Source of the DNA: Atractiella rhizophila
Lineage: Eukaryota
Assembly (NCBI GenBank): GCA_021432655.1
Contig: MU271323.1
Span: 4,851-68,850 of the forward strand
Direction of reading: 5' to 3'
DNA length: 64,000 bases
Of the stretch, positions 12,900-22,852 are shown one piece after another (within the stretch, counting starts at the first letter, position 1; each line of letters opens with the position of its first letter). The translations under genes and the position numbers were made by a program. The notes beneath the pieces were generated by a model that was not told the DNA's origin, searched no databases, and saw only the letters and a list, made by a program, of their open reading frames with translations.

Positions 12900-15800
12900 C
12901 CAGCTAAGAAAAGGGTGCCCCATACAAAGCCCATCTCCAAGCTTGGGGCATTCAGAGCAGGTGGCCATGTGATCAGCACTGGCCCTGACAATGAAGGTTG
13001 GCGAACCATCATTGCACACCCACATCTACAGGCAAAGCGGGCGAGGGAGGCAAAGCTAGCAAGGCTTGCTCTGAACAAGCAGCCAAGGGTCAAGCCCCAC
13101 CCGATCTCTCCTGCGTCAGCAGGACCAACAAAGTTGCAGAGACCAGTCAGTCTTCGTCATATCAGTCTGGGTATGCTGAAATCTGCAACGCGACAAGCTA
13201 GGCCCCCAGAATACGTTCGTCTTCACTCACTCCCCCTCGAAGAGCTCCTGTCACGATTTACCCACGATTTCGAAAGCAACTGGCACGAGTAGGAGAAACA
13301 AACCGCAAAAGAGTGCAAAGAGAAATAGTACTTCTGTTGACCATGGAGGGAAGAGACGTGGTGGGACATCCGCTAAGGTGGGACAAGGAGGGCATGAAGG
13401 AATATCAAGGAAGAGGGGAAGTGGAGGGGCTGGTGGGGGGGAATCGAGCGAGGAAGATCGGCACCCGAGACAGAAACGTGGGATTACGGACGTAGCGAAG
13501 TGGAGAAGAGAGCGAAGGAGAAGAAAACTCCAGCCGCAAAGAAGAGAAAGACTGAAGGGAAGAAGAGGGTAGGGAAGAAACTGGTCAATATGGACTGGGA
13601 AGAAGCGTTACGGTCAGCGATATTCATCCTCATTGGGCTTGCTGACCATGGTGCAGCGTCATGACACCAGAGACAAGCAAGGGAGGGACAATCAAGCTCC
13701 CATTCAACTTCATGTCTCCACATCTAGGGTAAGTAACACCGTCTGGATGATAGAGCTAATAGTGCTGCAGGAGGATCACGTTGGAAGATGGAAGCGTCCG
13801 TCTACGCCAGTTCACCGACTTTCCCACCTTGGCCCCACTCTTCTTGTGGTACGAATTTGGATATGAGCCATCGGCAGAACAAGCGAAGAAACATGCGTTA
13901 TCCCAGGCAACAATCGATTCGCTTACAAATGGAGCCGCCTTCATCGACAAGTACAAACAAAACACGGCGGTGGCCATCGATCGTCGAGGGTATCAACTTG
14001 AGGACCTGCCTCCTGCCCTTTGCCAGGCCAAATTCTGCAAGGAAGTGGTCAAATCCATCTTCTACAAAAAAAGCAAACCAGTCCATGTCGAAATGATACG
14101 ATTGGCACACGAATTTGGAATGGTACCCTGGGCACACCTCCATCACTACACAGAAACCACCAAAGTGGATCAAGCGATTTATGGGAACCCCGCTGGAAGC
14201 TTTGTGCACATCGATAGGCTTGACCCCACCATGGCAAAGGTGGGGGCTGAGTGAAAATCACATTCAAGTGACTGAGAAAGATCACAGGCCAAAGTCATGC
14301 TGAACAACTGCCAACCGAAAACAGCAGATCAGGCATGGAGCACTTGTCAAGCCAGAAGGATCACCATCACAAAGCTCTGGTTTGGTTATGAAGGTGAGTC
14401 CTCACATCTTTGAGACAACAGGCTGACCTACTCGACAGCAGAAGACAAGGAAGGCAATCTGGACAGGTACTGCGAGAAAGCCGCTCAGGCCGCGTTCGCA
14501 AGAAAAGTGTTCGAACCGCTGGCTCTCACGTTCCGTCGACAATACAACAGGGCTATGGAGAACTGGAGAGACATCACCATCGTCCTAGACAGTATGCAGC
14601 CCCAGTGCTTTTAGGCAAACTGACGATGAGGACAGAGTTGATGCCTAGCTGGGACAAGCCAGACGAGGAGAAGACGTTGGATGCAGAAACGGTCAAGGCA
14701 GATGTAAGGGATCCTCACCAAACAAGCACAGATTGACTCCATGAACAGCAAGCGATCGAACTCCTACACCTTTGCCGACATTTCATCTCAACATACTCCA
14801 CATGGTGTCTTGATCTCCGTCGACATCCCGTGTCTTTTCGAGAGAAGACCATCGCCTTTGTCATGGATCAGATCGAGGGATTCATCATGGACAAAAGAAT
14901 AATCCTCACGTCGTTGCAGAGCCAGGAACGTGGTGAGTGTCTCTGCTCCATAGCGACCATATATGGAGAGATGGACAGGTACGACGGCGCTCATGTCCAG
15001 CAACATGAAGTTTGAGATGGAGGACGACGAGAGGAGCGCCTTGGCCATGGAGTGGAACTTTGGAGCCAGTGCGAGCAATGTGGAGGAGATTTTCACTTTG
15101 ATGGAAAGCCCATCCTTGGATGGAGTAGCAGAGAAGACAGTGTGGGCGATGGAGAAAGCTTTGGCCGGAGATCTCGGAGTGAATGAGATTGCCACGCTCA
15201 TGAAGGATGAAGTCATGACGGACATCGGTCTAGAGACAGACAAACCATTCCCAAGTTTCTGGTCAACAGTCTACCCCATCAAGGACCAGAAAGAAAAGAA
15301 GCTGGGGGACCTGGGGGAAGGGGAACCCTGCGATCTCTTCGGTCACCAAGTCAAAGGAATCCACTCCATCGTGAAAGGACTCCATTCTGCCACCGACTCA
15401 CAGTTGGCGCGGGCAGAACATCAATGTCGGTTCCTGTGCGATTTGGTCGGTCTCGGAAAGACCATGACTGCGACAGGGACCTTCGCCTATCTGCACCGCC
15501 TTTACAAAAACACCTCCACCACCCCAAACCTGGACAAGGTCCGCGACGCGGTAGCACATGGGGTCCTCAACTATCAAGGAGAATACAATCCTCCAGCAGC
15601 AACACATGCTGTCAAAATCCTTACCACGGTTTGGGAAGAGATCTGTGACCAGAAGTCTCGAGAGATACAAGGAGAGGTTTCCCAAGATTACTTTGCGCTC
15701 GCCAAGTCCGCAGTCCATCGCATCGCAATGCTTCTCAAGGACAAGCCCGCTGGATCGACCCTTTGAAGAGACGAGGCGAAGACACCCTCAAGTACGCCGC

Positions 15801-17200
15801 TCTTCTGAAAGAGAAAGCCAAGATAGCACTCACCGGTTGCACTTTCCCACCATTTCTGAGTAAGCCTCCTGCAGACCACATCTAAGCTCATGTTTCATTC
15901 AGGAGACACACCCGTCTTTGCAGGGGACGGATGGATGAAGAATCTTCCCTCATTACTCATAGTTCCTCATAACCTCATGAACCAATGGAGGACAGAAATC
16001 GATCGAGAACAAAATGGATCCCTCCTACCTCTGATACCTCGTCTATGGCGACGACGTCCGTTCTCGTGCCACCTTTCACAAGAGTCACAAGAATCTCTTG
16101 GAGGGAAAAGAGAAGGACGCCTCCAGCATAGTCGTCATCATTTCCGACAACACCTTGACAACAGAAGTGGATTGGCTGGAGGGCGAGAACAGGATCGACA
16201 TCTACCGGGTACGAGAGAAGTCAGAGGCTCACAAGAAAACACCTTCCATCTTTGACTATCGCTTTCATCTTGCAGTGGTGGACAAACATACACCCATCGA
16301 ACAAAGGGGAAACTCACAGCAGCTGTTCACCAGGCATGCTGCAGGGCCCAGGCGGTGCTCGCCATCACCGCCACTCCACTCTTCACATGTGTGGAAGTAA
16401 GCACCCTCTTTTTATAAGATGCAGCTAACAACCAGAAAAGGACATCTTCGTGCAGGTCCTATCACTAGGACTTGTCTAGGCGATAAACAGCAGTATATCT
16501 CTATAGACATGGATTAGGCGAAAATATGAAAGGAAATAGGATAGAGAACGAACCTATTGGGACCACAGCAGTCAAGAAAAAGTTCTTGGACCGTGCCCAC
16601 ACCATGGGATTGCCATAAGTGGTCCTAAGACTGCCCCTGGTGCCTCGACACCGATACCAGGCTACATGATACAGTTCATAGCACCTCCTACATCCAAAGA
16701 TGAGTAAGATGGCGCTAATATGAGACAGGAATCGAGAGAACTCACCTCTCCTCCCCTGGGTGAAGCAGAACAGGGAACTGTTCATCCATAAAGCATACTA
16801 CAGAGTTGACGATATATGAATTCATGAGGGTGGAGAATTCATCACTGATGAGGATCATAAGAGAGAACCAAGGGGATGTTCTCATTCTCTCCCATGACCC
16901 AATGCTTCACTGTGATGAAACCCACAAAGATCAGAAAAGATAGGAAGGTACACAAGCAAAGAACGTACCTGCTTTTGGAAAAACATTGTGACAGAGTTGC
17001 CATTGAAACCAATCTTAAAGCTTCAAAGCCATAACAATCTATGAGATCTAAAAGGATAACCAGTACTTAACAGAAGAAAGGTGTAAAGAATTGAGAAGAA
17101 CACCCACCTTTCATTGATACCTTGCCCATGACCAGATGGATCCAAAGAAATAGAGTATTTCTCTCTAACAGCATCAAACAAGGTATGAAGGGACGTCACA
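12900..17200 (+). pseudogene. Large intron-containing gene with a SNF2/SWI2-family ATPase domain, decayed
   Basis: SNF2 motifs in order: LFGHQVKGI (Q motif), FLCDLVGLGKTMTA (Walker A), LLIVPHNLMNQWRTEIDR (motif Ia), FHLAVVD (Walker B), AITATP-like (motif III, frameshifted). Short GT..AG intron-like segments near 13729, 14393, 14705, 15859 and 16397. Boundaries approximate. Confidence 0.75.
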
Positions 17201-17882
17201 TTGCTTCCAGACATGATGGAAAGTCTGTAGATTGGTGGAGAAAGGCCACACATAGCCAGAGCAGTTTATATACCCTTCTCCCCCTGCCATAAGGGGCCAT
17301 TGCTTATGCAGCTTAGTAGAAGCTCCTCACAGCCTTTCAGGCTGAATTTTCGGCCACAAATCAACGCAGTGGAGCAATGTGTACGCCCCACAAAGCAGGA
17401 GCTCCACCTATTAGCCTAATGATCAATTAAAATCATCACACCATCCATTCAAAACGAGGAGCCTCGCTGATGAAATGATGCAAAAAATAGGGATCCCACA
17501 GCACTTTGCCATCGAAAAGAAATGGAATAGACGCCTCAGGACTCTCCATGACCGCCCTGAATCATCCAGAGCATCCCCATTTAGCACAAGGAGCATATGA
17601 TGCATTGCTGCCTCATCTTGAGGAACAGGGAAATATAGGAGAGACAGCCCATAGAGGGGGCATCAGGACCCTTTGAGTGACCAAAAAGGCGCTACAAAGA
17701 CCACATTCCACCCTATTTCCTTCTACATAAGGACTCAACATTGCAATGAATAAAGAAAACACAAGAAAGAACCTCAGCCTACGCTGAAGCGCAGATAACA
17801 ACTCTGCATGATGCGATGGGCAATCCCCATCAATTCCTTCACTTATGAACCACCCAGAGTGCCTCCCAAAGAGCGCTCACCA

Positions 17883-17941
17883 TCACCAGAACTGAAGAAG
17901 CCTTAGCGAAACAGGATCTAACCAGTCTTGTCTTCTGGTGA
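17883..17941 (+). ncRNA. Type I hammerhead ribozyme
   Basis: Stem I TCACCAGAA (17883-17891) / TTCTGGTGA (17933-17941), 9 perfect bp. Core CTGAAGA (17892-17898), short stem II (A)GC-CTTA-GC, then GAAA. Stem III ACAGGAT/GTCTTGT includes two G-U pairs. GTC cleavage triplet, predicted cut after C17932. Confidence 0.85.
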
Positions 17942-18623
17942 AACCCCTCATCTCATACCCCACTATTGTTCCTCCCCCTCTTGCTCCTAGTTATTTACTG
18001 TTGGAAGTGAACATATCAAGAAGGGAGAAGCTAAACTGTGAGTGTTTCGTCTTTGGTTCGCTTTGGAGTCCCACTTTGTTGGACTCTGATGGTTCTACCC
18101 TCTCCTATTGATGTTGGTCCCACCTTCATCCCTAACCCTTGTCATGCTGAAATATGCACATTCTGGACTGTACTCCAGGGGAAGCTACTGTTGCCCAGGA
18201 CATCTTTGGGACTCTTTTAGGCTTCCCTTCTCGCCTCTTATCCAATGAGGATTCGTTTGTCTTTACACTATCTTTCTACACATCAAAAATTCTCCCACCT
18301 GGTGGCGTCAGCCCCTCTATAGGTGTTACTCCTATGATCCTGAGCACAAAGCCTTGCATTATAGAGAGATTCCCTTTCACTGAGCACTAGTATACTCAGG
18401 ATAGGGTGTTCCAGTCACTCTATTATGGACACTGTGAACTAGGTGTTTTCGCTAGATTCACAGCTGGAGAGCGTTGGTCTCCTGATGGCCATCTAAGTGG
18501 TGGCCTGAAGGATTCCTCCTGCATTTCAATGACGAAATTTTCGTCCAAATAAAGCTAGCAAATATCAGTAAACACTTCTGATAATTACCTATACAGATAA
18601 CATGTCAGATATCGATATGATAG

Positions 18624-20427
18624 ATCCCAGGAAAAGGACTAAGCGGAAGAGAAAAGGACCTCCTCAGGCTAGGCAATAAATTCATACCTTGTCCGAAACC
18701 ACGCCTAGACGTCATCGATGAAGCCATCGAAAACTTCAAACGGACCATAAGGCTCAAGCATTACTTTCAGGACAAAGAAAACTCTGAGATCCCTCGATGG
18801 AGGACCATGAGCGCCTGGCAACCCCCTGAGAGCTCTCCAGAGCTGGAAAGCGCCCTGAGGAAACTAGAGCATCCTCTGAAAGCGAACCTAGACTCTGTAC
18901 ATAGTGCAGACAAGCAAAACATGTCAAACCACTCAAAAAGAGGGCTAGAATGCTTGTTGCAACGACCAGACATACTTGTAATATTGACAGACAAGAATCT
19001 CGGCTACGCGGCCATCCATATGGGCTGGTATGTCTCACAAGCACTGATGCACCTCGAAAATAAAGATGTCTACGCTGTGACAAATGAGGAGAGGGCCCTT
19101 GCTGCCACGAGGGACGAACTTGACTCGCTCATCGAGATTGCTGACGAGTTGGAACTCGAAGGACACATAAATCAAAATGAGTTCAAGTGGCTCTCCCAAA
19201 GGAAAGAATGGGTCATCCCAAAGTTCTACATCACCGCAAAAGTCCACAAGGCGAGCCCTTCTAGTCGCCCCATATGCCCAACAATGACTTGGGCCACGTA
19301 CTTTATGTCGCAGTGGTTGGCAGAACAGTTCCTGCCCTTTGAGCGCACCTCCCCTACTGTGCTCAAAGACAGCTCAGAACTCCTCCGTATCTTTGCCTTC
19401 GATCGCCCCCTCCAAGACAAACTCAGGAACAGCAAGCAACGAGGAGAGGAACAGCTCTGGATCGTGACTGCTGACGTAGAATTACTCTATCCCAACATCA
19501 ACACGGAAGACAGCATCAGGAGCATAGATGAGATATTGCAATCGGATGCCAAACTGGAACGCCTGAAGAGGGAATTCTCATTCGTATGCTACAGTTCATG
19601 CTACAACAGACCTACGTCCAGTTTCAGGGCAGGTGCTACCAGCAGAAGAATGCACTGCCATGGGGACTCCAGTTGCAGTCCAGTATGCGAATCTATACCT
19701 CCACCTGCTCGAGAAGGACCTTGTTGAACGCTGGCTCTCCACCAACAAACTCATACTCTTCAAGAGATATATTGACGACATCTTTGCCCTCATCCTTGGA
19801 ACACGGGACCAAGCGGAAGCCTTCATCAACGAGTACAACTCCTTGAAACCCACGATACGTCTCACATACGATCTGTCTGTCCACCAAGTCTGTGGACTTC
19901 CTTGATCTCACCATCTATAAGGACAAGGAACTGCCCTCTCACGGACGGATGGCCACCAAGATCTTTCAAAAGAAGATGAACCAGTACCTCTACCTTCCCT
20001 TTCACTCGTACCACGAGCACAAACAGAAGACCGGGTTCATCAAAGGAGAAGCCATCAGATACATCAGGGCGTGCTCAAGTGTCAAAGAGTTCGACAAAAT
20101 GATCTCACTCTTCACGGTACGCCTCCAACGTAGAGGATACCCCCTCAAGATCATAAGGTCACAACTATCTATGGTCAGGCACAAAGATCGCCTGCGCTAC
20201 CTAGAAGAGAAGGAGAATAAGAAAGATATACTCCCACTCCTCTTCAAAGTGGAGTCGAACCCATTCACAGAAAGGGACAGGATTCGCCCCCCACTCGATG
20301 AATTTGCCTTTACTGCCACAAACTTGGCATGCCCCCATCAATCTCTGAAAGAGCGAAAATATGCTTCAAGCTACCCCCCAAACTGCACGTCGCTGTATGC
20401 AGAGCTAGAAAGGCCAAGGGATACTGA
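18624..20427 (+). pseudogene. Penelope-like element (PLE) reverse transcriptase, no GIY-YIG endonuclease seen, frameshifted
   Basis: LLRLGNKFIPCP, ILTDKNLG, PKFYITAKVHK..SRPIC, VLKDS, VTADVELLYPNI, AMGTPVAVQYANLYL, FKRYIDDIF, VDFLDLTIY, YLPFHSYH, GFIKGEAIRYIRACS, RRGYP. Ends at ...KLPPKLHVAVCRARKAKGY* (TGA 20425-20427). Frameshifts near 19585, 19630, 19890 and 20350. Confidence 0.92.
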
Positions 20428-20566
20428 ATCTAATTGATATGCAACATGATATCTGTATAGAAAGAATTACCTCAGAAAAATAATACAAAAGATTGAACCC
20501 CTGATTACGCCTAAGAAGAATAAAGGCTGATGAAATAACCAAAAAACAGATTCTAAAGAAGAAAAC

Positions 20567-21523
20567 ATGTCTTTCCACACAAGAGCAAGGACCCTCCAGG
20601 ACCATATCGAAGAGGCATTTCGCTATGCAACGAAATCAGCACACAACGCCTTCAGATTCTCCTTACGCAGCGCCCTCGAAGAGGACCTCCCAGAGGTCCT
20701 TAACACGCTTGACTTCGATGGACTCAACTCGCGCAGCCAGAACCTCTTCTGTCGCTCCTTTGAACAGGCCATGGGCATCGGGCCGCTCGACGAAGGCGAC
20801 GCACACCCTTGAGACGGATATAGAAACCTGGTCGACTACGTCAAGGCGATAGGACTGAGGTGGGAAGACTTTGTCATCTGCATCGACCTGGAGACCACAG
20901 GACTGAGCAAGCTCAACGACAATATCGTCGAGATCGGCCTCGTCGTCCTCCCCAAGCACCACGATCGCCACTTCTCCTTCAACATACGTGTCTTTCCTGA
21001 CCACGTCATCCCCAAACCAGCCAGCGATGTGCACAGGATCTACGACAAGGATGTCATGTGGTGTGCCACTTTTAGGGACATTGCACCCCGACTGCTCCAC
21101 TTCATCAAGAAATCGTCCGGAATCTTTGGTTACAACATAAAGGAATTCGACTGGCCCATCCTCGTGAGAGAATTCCAAGAGGTCGAGGTGGATATCGAGC
21201 CATACGAGAGGAAGGTCTTTGACCCCTACCAGCTCCTCAAACTCAGAAATACCCGATACGAGAAGTACCCTCGTCCCCAGAAGCTCGCCACCCTCTTCAA
21301 GAACGTCACAGGCAAGGAGCTCACGCACAACCATAACGCAATGGTGGACGCATATGCTGCGATGGTCGTCACGATTGACTGCATCAGAAATGACGAGATC
21401 TTCAAGGTGAAGAGCCTGTCCCATGCAGCGTGGCAATTTGATGATACCCAGAGGGCAATCGGCAAAAGGAAGAGACAAGAGGTCAGGGATGAGGATGAAA
21501 AACTCCATAGCGACTCTGAATGA
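20567..21523 (+). pseudogene. DEDDh (DnaQ / DNA polymerase III epsilon-like) 3'-5' exonuclease with one in-frame TGA at 20810-20812
   Basis: ORFs 20567-20812 and 21029-21523 share one frame. ExoI CIDLETTGL..DNIVEIG, ExoII FGYNIKEFDWPIL, ExoIII HNAMVDA. No introns are needed. Confidence 0.9.
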
Positions 21524-22059
21524 ATGAAAGCTGTTTACAGATACAAAGTACCATGTTAAAGAACCAAAGGCGAAACACTACTAGCGAAAGCAGAAAGGCT
21601 AGACATGAAAGACAAACAAATCACCCAAACCTGTCGCCCAACGAGCTGGCGATGAGGACACCCTGAAGCTGGTGTCGACAAGAGACTTACTGAGCATAAT
21701 GGGGACACTTAGATGTTCGCCCCTGTAAAGAGATCATGCTGGAACCTTGCTACTTAGCTTGGGGTCACCACGTCGGGGGGGCGCCGTGCAAAAACCCTAC
21801 CGGACGATGCGGGTATGCTCAGCAGGAATCGGCGGGGTAATCCGAATGCTGCAACATCTCATAAGAGGTCGTAGGGACATTGGCAATGGACCCTTCTAGA
21901 GGCGACCATGAGGTGGGTCTCTCTCAGGAGAAGCCTTCACATCGAACCCATTGGGGGGAAAGATGTGTCGTCGTTGACGAAAAGAAAAATCTCCATCCTT
22001 GGATGCAAGACTGAGGCGAGGCGATCTCCCCTCGCAAACTATTTTGGTCGTCAGGTCTG

Positions 22060-22219
22060 AGCTGACGGGACTCAACGGTGCGTTCCGTCCTGTCAGGTTA
22101 GTTCCGTCAGTCAGAGCCTCGCGACTGGTCTGGTGGGGCTCTGGCCGTGACCCTAACTCCGTTCCCCAGCCAACTTTGACTGACGGAACAGTTCCGTCGC
22201 AAAGGAATAGTAGTAGTAG
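22060..22219. repeat. Cluster of GACGGAAC/GTTCCGTC inverted repeats ending in (TAG)4, a probable element terminus
   Basis: 13-bp inverted repeat GTTCCGTCAGTCA (22101-22113) / TGACTGACGGAAC (22177-22189); palindrome GACGGAAC-A-GTTCCGTC (22182-22198); then TAGTAGTAGTAG. Confidence 0.7.
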
Positions 22220-22852
22220 CCGGGAGGATCTTTCGGACCTTAGAACAAGGACAGGATGGCTTAAAAGTCACTGATGCTGGGAGCGCAAATAAGGGGACAA
22301 TCGTGTGCCACTTACACTCTGCGGAATGATGTCTCGATGCCCTGTACGTGATGGCTGTCACCCCTGGAAGTACAGTCCTCCGAGTTGCGCTCCTCTGCTT
22401 AGCACAAATTGCAAGCTGGCTGAGTTGGGTTCCGTTTTCAGCTTGAAGTCTTCGGGGTTGATTGAAATTTCAATGTGTATGTTTGGACTATTCGTAAGCT
22501 TTTAATAAAATAAATATCATTCAATGAATCCACAGTGTTATTGTTGCCATGTCAAAAATTTGCAGAGAACACAGGCAACGAGGAAATTTATGAGGAAATG
22601 GTCAATTTGAGTAAGATACATGGTGGCTCTACAAAGCTCCAAGTTCCAGCACAGAGTGCTCGAGGCCAAGGAGAAAATCATGCTTGTGCATCAGTTTTAT
22701 GTGGAATGCAGTTTTGAGGCTCATCTTAGCAATGATTTCTGGATTGTTAAGGCACCTATTCGTTCTGTTCCACCTCGCGATCATGTCAAGATGTGCTGAA
22801 GCTGAAGAGTATTGCTTCTAGTACTCTCAATTGACGGATAATACAATCCGAA

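Noticed and set aside
20810..20812. Selenocysteine recoding of the in-frame TGA
   Set aside because: No SECIS was identified, Dikarya generally lack the Sec machinery, and neighbouring genes show ordinary decay.
20663..21508. 281-aa minus-strand ORF
   Set aside because: It is an antisense shadow of the exonuclease gene with no recognisable motifs.
21552..21608. Second hammerhead (TTAAAGA..GGCGAAAC flanked by CATG)
   Set aside because: It has two core mismatches and no stem III or NUH triplet; at best a decayed relic.
21645..21685. Hammerhead-like CGATGAG-GACACC..GGTGTC-GACA
   Set aside because: CUGA and GAAA are both imperfect and no stems I or III were found.
22150..22157. CCCTAAC as a telomeric repeat or telomerase template
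   Set aside because: A single short occurrence is expected by chance; there is no array.
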